Assembly (NCBI GenBank): GCA_963978305.1 | Contig: CAXBRM010000001.1 | Span: forward strand, 1 to 49,830 | DNA length: 49,830 bases | Direction of reading: 5' to 3' | Origin: an uncultured Rhodospirillales bacterium | Lineage (GTDB): Bacteria; Pseudomonadota; Alphaproteobacteria; UBA7985 | Part shown: positions 19,799 through 29,152 of the stretch, piece by piece | Numbering within the stretch: the first letter of the stretch is position 1 | Layout: every line of letters starts with the position of its first letter | Notes under the pieces: model-generated | Seen by the model: only the letters and a program-made list of their open reading frames with translations | Told to the model about the DNA's origin: nothing | Database searches by the model: none | Made by a program: the position numbers and the translations under genes

Positions 19799-21388
19799 AT
19801 GGCGATGAACGAGCGAATTTATCTTTTTGACACAACATTGCGTGACGGTGCGCAAACCCAAGGTGTCGACTTCAGCGTCACCGATAAATGCCGCGTGATT
19901 GAGATGCTTGATGGGTTGGGGCTCGATTATATTGAAGCCGGTTGGCCTGGCGCAAACCCAGTCGATGATCAGGTTTTTGCGGATCCACCCTCTTTAACGC
20001 AAAGTCGTCTTGTGGCATTTGGCATGACCAAGCGCGCGGGCCGAAGTGCCGATAATGATCCCGTCATCGCACCATTGATCGCGGCTAAATCGCCGAATTT
20101 GTGTTTGGTCGGGAAAAGCTGGGATTTCCATGTCACCGATGCGCTTGGTGTCAGCCTCGAAGACAATCTGGAGATGATCGGCGATACGGTCGCTTATGCG
20201 GCGGCACGAAAAGCAGAAGTCATGTACGACGCTGAGCACTTTTTTGACGGCTACAAAGCCAATCCCGACTATGCGTTAGGCTGTTTGAAAGCCGCCTATG
20301 ACAACGGAGCCCGATGGGTTGTTTTGTGTGATACCAATGGTGGTACACTGCCGCATGAAGTCCAAAGAATTGTTGAGAAAGTCCTTGAGCAAATCCCCGG
20401 CGATCGCTTGGGGGTTCACTTCCACAACGACACCGACAACGCTGTTGCCAATAGCTTAACGGCCATTCGGGCTGGCGCACGACAGATCCAGGGGACCATT
20501 AATGGGCTGGGGGAGCGATGCGGCAACGCCTCATTGACGTCACTGATTCCAACTTTGGTTCTGAAAACGGATTTCGAGTGCGGCATCCAAGCCGAAAAGC
20601 TTGTTCAGCTTACAGCGCTGAGTGATGAATTGGATCGGATGCTCGGCCTGTCCGGCAATCGTCATCGACCCTATACCGGTGCCAATGCTTTTGCTCACAA
20701 GGGCGGGTTGCACGCTAGCGCGATTATCAAGGATCCGACAACCTATGAGCACGTTGCTCCTGAGGTTATTGGCAACAAACGGAAAGTCCCGATTAGTAGC
20801 CAATCGGGGCGCGCAAATATCAATTTTGTTCTGGCGCAAATCGGTTTTGGTCGAGAGCTAAGCAACGATGAATGTTCCCGGGTTTTGCAGGCGCTGAAAG
20901 AGAACGAAGAAAGTGCGCGTTTGAGCTATGACGGTGCTGACGCTAGTTTTGAGTTGTTTGTTCACCGGACCATCGGCGGTTTGCCAACTTTCTTTGAAAT
21001 CGACCGATTTCGCGTCATTGATGAGCGCCGTCACAACAGTCAGGGACAGGTTGTTACCGAAGCAATTGGGATGGTGCAGCTTATGATCGAAGGACGAAGT
21101 GTGATGGAAGCCAGCGGTGGCAGTGGTCCCGTTGATGCGCTAAACAAAGCGCTTGGTAAGGCTCTTGCCGCGACCTTCCCACAGCTCGCCGACATGAGCT
21201 TAAGCGATTATTCAGTCCGCATTATCGACAGTGACAAAGCAACAGAAGCCACGACCCGCGTACTGATTGAAAGCCGTGACGCCCAGGGCCGTGTCTGGAC
21301 TTGTGTTGGTGTCAGCGAAAACGTGATTGATGCCAGCTTTCAGGCGCTTCAGGACGCTATCGTTTGGAAGCTGATGAAGGAAGCGTAA
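19799..21388 (+). CDS. cimA: Citramalate synthase (LeuA/CimA family, short allosteric-domain type)
   Basis: 529 aa with LFDTTLRDGAQTQGVDFS, HFHNDTDNAVANSL, and a C-terminal LeuA-dimer-like domain. The length and N-terminus fit CimA rather than a 2-isopropylmalate synthase. Confidence 0.8.
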   Translation: MAMNERIYLFDTTLRDGAQTQGVDFSVTDKCRVIEMLDGLGLDYIEAGWPGANPVDDQVFADPPSLTQSRLVAFGMTKRAGRSADNDPVIAPLIAAKSPNLCLVGKSWDFHVTDALGVSLEDNLEMIGDTVAYAAARKAEVMYDAEHFFDGYKANPDYALGCLKAAYDNGARWVVLCDTNGGTLPHEVQRIVEKVLEQIPGDRLGVHFHNDTDNAVANSLTAIRAGARQIQGTINGLGERCGNASLTSLIPTLVLKTDFECGIQAEKLVQLTALSDELDRMLGLSGNRHRPYTGANAFAHKGGLHASAIIKDPTTYEHVAPEVIGNKRKVPISSQSGRANINFVLAQIGFGRELSNDECSRVLQALKENEESARLSYDGADASFELFVHRTIGGLPTFFEIDRFRVIDERRHNSQGQVVTEAIGMVQLMIEGRSVMEASGGSGPVDALNKALGKALAATFPQLADMSLSDYSVRIIDSDKATEATTRVLIESRDAQGRVWTCVGVSENVIDASFQALQDAIVWKLMKEA

Positions 21389-21393
21389 GAGTT

Positions 21394-22494
21394 ATGAAAA
21401 TCACCGAAATACGCATTTATGCGGTTGATCTTCCCATGAAAGAGGGAAGCTACTCTTGGTCAACCCAAAGTTTTGGTCGATTTGATAGTACAGTTGTTGA
21501 GCTTGTTACAGATGAAGGCCTAAAAGGATATGGCGAGGTTTGTCCTCTTGGACCCGCTTATCTGCCAGCCTATTCGGAGGGCGTGAGGGTCGGCGTTATG
21601 CAGCTCGCAAATGTCCTGCTAGGTCAAAATCCGACCCAGGTGGGAGCGATCAATGATTTGATGGATCAAAATCTCAAAGGTCATCCCTATGTTAAGTCGG
21701 CCATTGACATCGCATGTTGGGATTTATTGGGAAAGTTTAGTGGTCAGCCCTTATACACATTATTAGGTGGTTTGCGCCAAGACGCGGTTCGCTTGTTCAA
21801 GGTGGTGAGCCGAGCGCAGCCAGATGCTATGGTCGAGCGCTTGCAAAGCTATCAAGCACAAGGTTTTCATCAATTCCAAATGAAAGTTGGTGAGGATGCC
21901 GATGTTGATATTGAGCGTATTCGAAGCGTTGTAGCGGCTTTGCAGCCTGGCAACAAAATTGCCGCTGATGCTAACTGTGGCTGGAAACAACATGAAGCAG
22001 TTCGAGTTGCGCAAGCCATCCGCGATGTCTCGATTTATCTCGAACAACCTTGTGAGACCTATGAAGCATGCCGCAACGTACGCGAGCACACTAACCATCC
22101 AATGATTTTGGACGAGTGCATGATGACTCTGAATGATATTTTGAGGGGATATCAAGATCGGGCGATGGATGCCGTCAATTTAAAGATCAGTCGATTTGGT
22201 GGCATTACCAAAACGAAGGTTGTCCGCGACGTCTGTGCAGAGCTTGGCATCGTCATGACCATTGAAGATACATGGGGTGGTGAGTTTACCGACGCGGCTA
22301 TCGCCCATTTGGCACACTCAATCCCAAGATCCCTGCATTTTCAATCTTCTGCATTCAGCGAATATGCCACGGTGAAAATTGCCAGCGGTGGTCCGGAAAT
22401 CAAAGGTGGTTGGATGACAGCAAGTGATCGCCCGGGGCTGGGGGTTGAGCCTATTTGGGACGTCCTTGGCACGCCACTTGCTCAGTACAGATAA
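21394..22494 (+). CDS. Enolase-superfamily enzyme (mandelate racemase / muconate lactonizing enzyme family), substrate unknown
   Basis: Starts MKITEIRIYAVDLPM. Candidate metal ligands are ADAN, LEQP and LDEC. Candidate bases are QMKVG and NLKISRFGG. ATG 21394 lies 5 nt after the cimA stop. Confidence 0.85.
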   Translation: MKITEIRIYAVDLPMKEGSYSWSTQSFGRFDSTVVELVTDEGLKGYGEVCPLGPAYLPAYSEGVRVGVMQLANVLLGQNPTQVGAINDLMDQNLKGHPYVKSAIDIACWDLLGKFSGQPLYTLLGGLRQDAVRLFKVVSRAQPDAMVERLQSYQAQGFHQFQMKVGEDADVDIERIRSVVAALQPGNKIAADANCGWKQHEAVRVAQAIRDVSIYLEQPCETYEACRNVREHTNHPMILDECMMTLNDILRGYQDRAMDAVNLKISRFGGITKTKVVRDVCAELGIVMTIEDTWGGEFTDAAIAHLAHSIPRSLHFQSSAFSEYATVKIASGGPEIKGGWMTASDRPGLGVEPIWDVLGTPLAQYR

Positions 22495-23549
22495 TGACAG
22501 CACCAGTCATCATTCTTGATCGTCCGCAAATGGGCGAAAATATTGGTGCGTGCGCGCGGGCGATGATGAATTGTGGCTTACGGGATCTGCGGCTTGTACG
22601 TCCCCGAGACGGCTGGCCCAATCCCGCAGCGACGACGATGGCTGCTCACGCTGCTAGCATCATTGAGGGCGCGCAAATTTTTGACTCGGTTGCTGAGGCT
22701 GCTGCTGATCTAACCCACATGTATGCTACGACGGCACGCGAACGCGATCAAGTCAAGCGCGTCCTGACTGCAAGGGCCTTTGGTGTTGAAGCTGTCGAGA
22801 AAGCTCGCCATGGTGCAAAGGTTGGCGTTTTATTCGGTAAAGAGTCGACGGGTCTTGAAAATGACGACGTCGCGCGTGCCAGCGCGGTGATTACGGTCCC
22901 CCTCAATCCACAAAACACCTCCCTGAATTTGGGGCAAGCGTGCTTATTGATTGGTTATGAGTGGTTCCAAGCAGCATCAGCCGCACAGAGCGTTCGCGTC
23001 CAAACGGGCGATAGTGTTTTGGCAAGCAATGTTGAGGTTGACAATTTTTTGGATCGCCTGGTTGCCAAATTAGACGACAGCGGGTTTTTGGGGCTGCCTC
23101 ACAAACGTCCCAAAATGCGCCGCAATCTCCGTAACGTTTTTCAGCGTGCCGAATTGACCAGTCAAGAGGTGCAAACACTGTTTGGTGTGGTGGAAAGTTT
23201 ATACAGAATGACGCCACTGACTGAGAGCGAGTTCGGCTATGCTGTGATCTTTGAGACACGGCAATCAGAGGATTTGGAAGGCTATGCCGCAATGGCTGCG
23301 GCGATGATTGCGACGGCGTCGCGACAGCCTGGTTTTCAAAGGATAGTCTCTGCCCATTCGCCTGGCGACGTTGGGATCACGGTAAGCTATTGGGATAGTC
23401 TTGAGGCAATCCACGCCTGGGGTCAGCACCATGCCCACAAAGTGGCGCAACAACGTGGCAATGACCAGTGGTATCAGCAATGGGTTATATCGACAGTACG
23501 TGTGATGAGTATGCGCCAAAAGGAAAGCGACCTTGGTGAAAAACAATAG
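22494..23549 (+). CDS. TrmJ/TrmH-group SPOUT tRNA/rRNA 2'-O-methyltransferase fused to a C-terminal ABM (antibiotic biosynthesis monooxygenase-like) domain
   Basis: The N-terminal ~165 aa are SPOUT (IILDRPQMGENIGACARAMMNCG, VLFGKESTGLEN, ITVPLNPQNTSLNLGQA). A TrmJ-type C-terminal helix region follows (RRNLRNVFQRAELTSQEVQTLFGV). Then comes a ~100-aa ABM-like block (YAVIFETRQ...EGYAAMAAAMIATASRQPGFQRIVS...GITVSYWDSLEAIHAWGQHHAHKVAQQRG). All lie in one frame without a stop. ATG 22494 overlaps the upstream TAA by 1 nt. Confidence 0.8.
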   Translation: MTAPVIILDRPQMGENIGACARAMMNCGLRDLRLVRPRDGWPNPAATTMAAHAASIIEGAQIFDSVAEAAADLTHMYATTARERDQVKRVLTARAFGVEAVEKARHGAKVGVLFGKESTGLENDDVARASAVITVPLNPQNTSLNLGQACLLIGYEWFQAASAAQSVRVQTGDSVLASNVEVDNFLDRLVAKLDDSGFLGLPHKRPKMRRNLRNVFQRAELTSQEVQTLFGVVESLYRMTPLTESEFGYAVIFETRQSEDLEGYAAMAAAMIATASRQPGFQRIVSAHSPGDVGITVSYWDSLEAIHAWGQHHAHKVAQQRGNDQWYQQWVISTVRVMSMRQKESDLGEKQ

Positions 23550-23695
23550 CAGCCATAACATTATGGTGAGGCTTGGTTTTTGACTTGTGCATGTTTAGGC
23601 AGTATTGACATCATTATTCCTGGGAAAGTAGGGCGACCAGTGTCCTCGTCGGTTAACTTCGGACTACCGGGACAACAAAGAAATAAAAATGGATT

Positions 23696-24319
23696 ATGGC
23701 TATGGGCAAGCGTATCAGCGCTAAGCACAAGATCGACCGTCGTTTAGGTGTAAACCTTTGGGGTCGGTCGAAATCACCCTTTAACACCCGTCAAACCATC
23801 CCCGGTCAACACGGCCCCACGGCTCGCAAAAAAGAAACCGACTTTGGTATCCAGTTGAAAGCGAAGCAAAAGCTGAAGGGATACTATGGCTCGATTGGTG
23901 AGAAGAAATTCCGCAAATATTATCAACAAGCTGTCCGCCTGCGCGGTGATACCGGTGAAAATTTTATTGGCCTTTTGGAGCGTCGTCTAGACGCTGTTGT
24001 ATATCGGGCAAAATTTGTGCCGACCGTTTTTGCAGCGCGTCAGTTTGTCAACCATGGCCACGTGTTGGTTAACGGCCAGCGCGTGACCATCCCGAGCTAT
24101 CAGGTGCAAGAAGGCGACGTTGTCGAAGTCCGGGAACGCAGTCGCGAAATTGCCATGGTACTTGAAGCACTGGCGTTGCCAGAACGCGACGTGCCGGATT
24201 ACATTGATGTCGATGTCAAGAAGATGACGGCAACCTACGTCCGCATCCCCCAGCTCGACGATGTGCCCTATCCGGTGACGATGGAACCTAACCTCGTGAT
24301 CGAATTTTACTCTCGTTAA
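23696..24319 (+). CDS. rpsD: 30S ribosomal protein S4
   Basis: [26 protein letters not shown]...GQHG and a C-terminal S4 RNA-binding domain ([33 protein letters not shown]) are present. The start may be 23702. Confidence 0.95.
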   Translation: MAMGKRISAKHKIDRRLGVNLWGRSKSPFNTRQTIPGQHGPTARKKETDFGIQLKAKQKLKGYYGSIGEKKFRKYYQQAVRLRGDTGENFIGLLERRLDAVVYRAKFVPTVFAARQFVNHGHVLVNGQRVTIPSYQVQEGDVVEVRERSREIAMVLEALALPERDVPDYIDVDVKKMTATYVRIPQLDDVPYPVTMEPNLVIEFYSR

Positions 24320-24347
24320 TTTTAAGCGAGACGTCCAACCAAGCAAA

Positions 24348-24380
24348 AAGCCCGACAGAGTTCTGCCGGGCTTTTGTTTT
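24348..24380. terminator. Bidirectional intrinsic terminator between convergent rpsD and pyc
   Basis: The stem is AAGCCCGACAG (24348-24358) / CTGCCGGGCTT (24363-24373) with one mismatch and an AGTT loop. TTGTTTT follows on the plus strand and CTTTTTG follows on the minus strand. Confidence 0.75.
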
Positions 24381-24413
24381 GGATGAGTCTAAAGGCGATC
24401 TTGAGGTAGCAGG

Positions 24414-27400
24414 CTAAGCTTTAAAACTGATCATCAGGTCTTTGCTGTCGAGCTGGTCCCCGGCCGCACAGTGCACGGCTTCAATGACGCCTTCTCGGCT
24501 GGCAAAAACGTTGGTCTCCATTTTCATTGCCTCCAGGCTTAGAAGCAAATCACCCTTTACCACCCTATCGCCTGGTTTAACGGCGATGGCGACGACGGCT
24601 CCCGGCATCGGCGCACCAACCTGGTCCGCATTGGTTGCTTTCTCGCGAACAGAGATATCTTTGCCAGCTGCTTGGTCGATGATCACCACATTGCGCGGCT
24701 GCCCGTTGAGTTCAAAGAAGACGGTCACCTGACCCTTGGCGTCTGGGTCGCTTTTGGCGAGGTATCTTATGTACAGTTTTTTGCCCGGATCGAGCTCAAG
24801 GGTGAATTCTTCACCTTCTTCGGGGCCATAGAAAAATATTGGTGTTGGCAGAATGCTGGTGTCGCCGAAATCTCGCCGGTGACTGGCATAGTCCATAAAC
24901 ACTTTCGGATACAGCATGTAAGCGGCCAGGTCTTGATCAAGCCTTGCGTTGCGGGCGTCGCGCTTTGGCGCTGTTGGATCATCCAGGCCGAAAGTTTCGA
25001 TCAATAGGTTGCGCTGTTTGTGAACATCAATCGGCGCTAACAAGGCGCCTGGCCGTTGGTCAAGAGGTGCGTCACCTTTCAAAACCCTGGCCTGTAAAGT
25101 CTCGGGAAAGCCACCAGTCGGTATGCCGAGCTCACCTCGGAAAAAACTGATGACGCTTTCCGGGAAATCAATTGCGAAATCGGGGTCCAGCACCTGATCG
25201 ACGCTCAAGCCGCGGCTAACCATGAAGATCGCCATATCGCCAACAACTTTGCTCGACGGTGTGACTTTGACGATGTCACCAAACATTTGATTGACGTCGG
25301 CATAGCAATCAACCACCTGGGGCCACTTGCTTTCTAGTCCCGTTGCGCGAGCCTGTTGACGTAAATTCGTGTATTGACCGCCAGGCATTTCGTGATGAAA
25401 TACGTCAGCTGTGCCGCTGCGCATCTCCGTTTCGAACGCTGCGTAATGTTTTCTGGCACCATCCCAATAATGAGCGATTGCGTCGAGCGACTGTCGATCA
25501 AGGCCCGTGTCGCGATCCGTACCAGCGAGCGCGACGGCTACGGTGCCAAGGTTTGGCTGGCTGGTCAGCCCACTCATCGGACCCATGGCCGTATCGGCAA
25601 TATCAACCCCGGCGTCACTGGCAGCTAAAATACTGGCGAGTGCTCCGCCGCTCGTATCGTGGGTATGGAAATGGATCGGCAAGCTGGTCTCTTGCTTCAA
25701 TGTTTCGACAAGCTTTTTTGCGGCTGGCGGTCGGCATATCCCCGCCATATCTTTGATGCAGAGCATATGAGCCCCCGCTGCCTCAAGCTCTTTCGCCATC
25801 TCAACGTAATACTTGAGGCTGTATTTTGCCCGATCGGGGTCGAAAATATCGCCTGTGTAGCAAATTGTTGCTTCACAAATACCACCCTCTTCAATGACAG
25901 CATCCATGGCGACACGCATGTTTTCTACCCAGTTGAGACTGTCAAAAACGCGGAATAGATCGACACCGCCGCCCTCAGCACAGGTGATCGCCTGGCGGAC
26001 AAAGTACTTGACGACATTGTCGGGATAATTGGTGTAGCCGACTGCGTTTGAACCGCGCAGCAGCATTTGAAACAGCATGTTCGGGGCGGCCGCGCGCATT
26101 TTTCGCAAGCGTGCCCATGGGTCTTCCTTTAAGAAGCGATACGCGACGTCAAAAGTTGCGCCACCCCAGGTTTCGAGACTGAAAAGATTACTGAGCGCGG
26201 CTTGGTAGTGGGGGAGGGGCGCGATCAAGTCAAAGGTCCGCATGCGTGTCGCGAGGAGGCTTTGGTGGGCATCGCGGAAGGTTGTGTCGGTGAGCAACAG
26301 GCTCGGGTTTGATGTGATCCAATCAACCAGGGCTGCTGTCCCGTTGGTTTTCCAAATTTGCCGGGGGGTTGGCCCCGTCTCCCGTTGTTCAACGACCGGC
26401 AACGCCACGAGCTTGGATCGCTCAACGCTACGCCGCCCTTTTACTTCCGGATTTTCATTAACCAGCACTTCACCCATGAAACGCAGCAATTTGCTGGCGC
26501 GATCGCGCCGCAGTGGGAAGTCAAACAGCGTGGGTGTTGTGTCAATAAACCTTGTCGTGATGTCGTCGCTGGTGAATTTCGGATGGCCGAGGACTTTCAA
26601 CAAGAACGGTAAATTGGTTTTGACACCGCGAATACGGAATTCTTCCAGGGCACGGCTTAGGCGGGTGATGGCTTCGTCTCGCGTCGGCGCCCAAGCGGTA
26701 ACTTTTTCGAGTAAGCTATCAAAGTGGGGTGTTACAAGGGCACCGCTGAACGCCGTGCCGCCATCCAGTCGAACGCCAAAACCCGTTGCTCCGCGATAAG
26801 CGAGGATCCGGCCATAGTCTGGCATGAAGTTGTTTTCTGGGTCTTCCGTGGTTACACGGCTTTGGATTGCATAGCCTCGGCACTCAATCGCTGATTGTTC
26901 GGGGATGCCGCAACCACCTTCGCCGCTAACCCCGATTTTGCCACCCGCAGCGATGCGGATTTGTGCCTTGACGATGTCGAGGCCGGTGATTTGCTCTGTT
27001 ACGGTATGTTCAACCTGCACCCGCGGGTTCACTTCAATGAAGTAAAACGCCTCGGTTTGCGTATCATATAGAAACTCGACGGTGCCGGCGTTGCTGTAAC
27101 CAGCTTGTCGTGCCAAACGGACCGCCGCATCGGTCATGGCATCGCGGACGCTTTGGCTCAAATTAATCGCTGGCGCGGTTTCGATGACTTTTTGATTGCG
27201 TCGCTGGACGGTGCAATCGCGCTCAAACAAATGGACCACATTGCCAGTACTGTCACCGATCACTTGTACTTCGACATGTCTTGCTTTTTCGACCAGCTTT
27301 TCGAGGTAGACGTCACCACGGCCAAAGGCGGCGAGCGCTTCTGAGTGGGCAGTGTTTACCTCAGCGATCAGTTGATCGAGATCATGGACCCGCCGCATGC

Positions 27401-27917
27401 CGCGGCCACCGCCGCCCCAACTGGCCTTCACCATCACCGGCAAACCGATATTCTTTGCCAGCGATACAATTTGATCATCATCACCAATCGGCAATTCTGC
27501 CGTTGCGGGCACAGTTGGGACATCGGCTTGCTCGGCTAGTCTTCTGGCCGATACTTTGTCGCCCAGGCCGTTGAGAACCTCGACACTGGGACCAACAAAT
27601 TTAATGCCGTTCTCAGCGCAGGCCTGAGCCAGCTGCGGGTTTTCCGACAAAAAACCGTAGCCAGGATGAATCGCGTCGGCGCCAGTCGCCAGCGCGACGT
27701 CAATGATATCTTGGATGCTTAAATAAGCGGCCACGGGGTCAAGACCACGGCCAATTTCGTAGCTTTCATCAGCTTTAAATCGATGGAGGGCAAAGCGATC
27801 TTCGTGACTGTAGATAGCGACAGTCGATATGCCCAGTTCAGTACAAGCGCGCATGATCCGAATGGCAATTTCGCTGCGGTTGGCAACCAATAACTTTTTG
27901 ACGCTTGAATTTGACAT
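24414..27917 (-). CDS. pyc: Pyruvate carboxylase (single-chain, biotin-dependent)
   Basis: 1167 aa. It contains an N-terminal biotin carboxylase domain (KLLVANRSEIAIRIMRA, ATP-grasp), a central carboxyltransferase TIM barrel (LLLTDTTFRDAHQSL, HFHTHDTSG) and a C-terminal biotinyl domain with EAMKMET. Confidence 0.95.
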   Translation of the reverse strand: MSNSSVKKLLVANRSEIAIRIMRACTELGISTVAIYSHEDRFALHRFKADESYEIGRGLDPVAAYLSIQDIIDVALATGADAIHPGYGFLSENPQLAQACAENGIKFVGPSVEVLNGLGDKVSARRLAEQADVPTVPATAELPIGDDDQIVSLAKNIGLPVMVKASWGGGGRGMRRVHDLDQLIAEVNTAHSEALAAFGRGDVYLEKLVEKARHVEVQVIGDSTGNVVHLFERDCTVQRRNQKVIETAPAINLSQSVRDAMTDAAVRLARQAGYSNAGTVEFLYDTQTEAFYFIEVNPRVQVEHTVTEQITGLDIVKAQIRIAAGGKIGVSGEGGCGIPEQSAIECRGYAIQSRVTTEDPENNFMPDYGRILAYRGATGFGVRLDGGTAFSGALVTPHFDSLLEKVTAWAPTRDEAITRLSRALEEFRIRGVKTNLPFLLKVLGHPKFTSDDITTRFIDTTPTLFDFPLRRDRASKLLRFMGEVLVNENPEVKGRRSVERSKLVALPVVEQRETGPTPRQIWKTNGTAALVDWITSNPSLLLTDTTFRDAHQSLLATRMRTFDLIAPLPHYQAALSNLFSLETWGGATFDVAYRFLKEDPWARLRKMRAAAPNMLFQMLLRGSNAVGYTNYPDNVVKYFVRQAITCAEGGGVDLFRVFDSLNWVENMRVAMDAVIEEGGICEATICYTGDIFDPDRAKYSLKYYVEMAKELEAAGAHMLCIKDMAGICRPPAAKKLVETLKQETSLPIHFHTHDTSGGALASILAASDAGVDIADTAMGPMSGLTSQPNLGTVAVALAGTDRDTGLDRQSLDAIAHYWDGARKHYAAFETEMRSGTADVFHHEMPGGQYTNLRQQARATGLESKWPQVVDCYADVNQMFGDIVKVTPSSKVVGDMAIFMVSRGLSVDQVLDPDFAIDFPESVISFFRGELGIPTGGFPETLQARVLKGDAPLDQRPGALLAPIDVHKQRNLLIETFGLDDPTAPKRDARNARLDQDLAAYMLYPKVFMDYASHRRDFGDTSILPTPIFFYGPEEGEEFTLELDPGKKLYIRYLAKSDPDAKGQVTVFFELNGQPRNVVIIDQAAGKDISVREKATNADQVGAPMPGAVVAIAVKPGDRVVKGDLLLSLEAMKMETNVFASREGVIEAVHCAAGDQLDSKDLMISFKA

Positions 27918-28149
27918 ACTTTTTCCCTTGGGCCACTCTTCTCACGCTAACAGTGGACAGCACCACTGCGACGCAGCGCTTTAACAAACGACAACCACTT
28001 TCGTGTCGCTTTCGACTGCGCCTCGGAGCACTTAACCAACTTCTATGTATGTTTCACACACCTTCAGGGTCCCGAGAACCGTCTCCACAGCAGAGCTGAT
28101 CTGAGAGCTTATGCTGGTTTTGAGTGGCCGGCTTTATCGGCGGTTGGGA

Positions 28150-29019
28150 TCAGCTAAACAGGGTCTCGTTGATGTAAAGGCAGGCTTTATCGCTTGCAAA
28201 GGTCATGAAGGTTGGCCCTTGCCCGACAACATGGTCACGTTCGACTTTGACTTTCGCGTCGAAGCCCCCGAACTTACCCAACACCAGCTTGTAGTTTCCA
28301 TAGTCATCAACTCGGTTAATCTCCAGCGGCAATGCGTTCTGCCCTGCTGGCGGTTCGTTGGTCAGGCTCATGTTCTCGGCGCGGATTCCCAATTTAAGAT
28401 TATCTGTATTGATACCTGACAGGGATGGCGTGACGGCAAGTTTGTGGCCGTTGACCTCGATTTTATGCTCATCAACGACTGAGGCGTCGAAAAGGTTCAT
28501 GGCCGGCGCACCAATAAAGTAGCCCACAAAGGTAGTGTTGGGTCGGTCGAACAGTTCGCCTGGCGTGCCCATTTGCACGATTTTTCCTGCGTCCATCACC
28601 ATAATTTTTTCGGCGAAGGTCATGGCTTCGTTCTGGTCATGGGTCACGTAGATCAGGGTGGTACGGTATTTCTCGTTGATTTCTTTGAGCTTACGCCGCA
28701 GGCGGAATTTGAGGTCTGGATCGATCACGGTCAGCGGCTCGTCCATTAGCACGGCTGCAACATCATCTCGAACCAGGCCGCGGCCCAGAGAAATCAGCTG
28801 CTTCTGATCCGCGGTGAGTCGATTGGCTGGTTTGTCCAGCAGTTCGGTCAGACTGAGCGTGTCCGCGACCTCTTCCACCTTGGTCTTGATTGCATCCTTT
28901 GGTGTGTTGCGGCAGACGAGTGGAAAGGCGAGGTTATCCCAGACCCGCATGGTATTGTAGATAACGGGGAACTGGAAAACCTGTGCAATGTTTCGCTCGG
29001 CAGTCGCAAGGTCGGTCAC
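28150..29019 (-). pseudogene. 5'-truncated ABC transporter ATPase (MalK/UgpC/glycerol-type with C-terminal TOBE-like domain) lacking the Walker A region
   Basis: The protein begins in the middle of the NBD (..FDGRDVTDLATAERNIAQVFQFPVIYNTMRV..). It has an LSGGQ-equivalent (LTADQKQLISLGRG), Walker B (VLMDEPLTVID) and an H-loop (YVTHDQ), but no GxxGxGK(S/T). The frame is open only up to a TAA at 29091-29089. sfsA starts at 29153 on the other strand, which leaves no room for the missing ~50 codons. No permease or binding-protein genes are nearby. Confidence 0.7.
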
Positions 29020-29152
29020 ATCACGACCATCAAATTGTATCTGCTCGTACTGGGCTGTGATTTGGCCATACTTGAAATATCTTCTCCATTAGTGGCGCAT
29101 TTCGAATCGAGGTTCGCCGCTTCATGAAATTTAGAGGAAAAGCATCAGTTTC

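Noticed and set aside
23580-23680. A sigma-70-like promoter (TTGACT-17 nt-TATTGA) and an imperfect leader hairpin (GTCC..CGGT / ACCG..GGAC) upstream of rpsD.
   Set aside because: The -10 hexamer lacks the conserved final T. The hairpin needs an internal bulge. I cannot distinguish it from chance without TSS data or covariation evidence.
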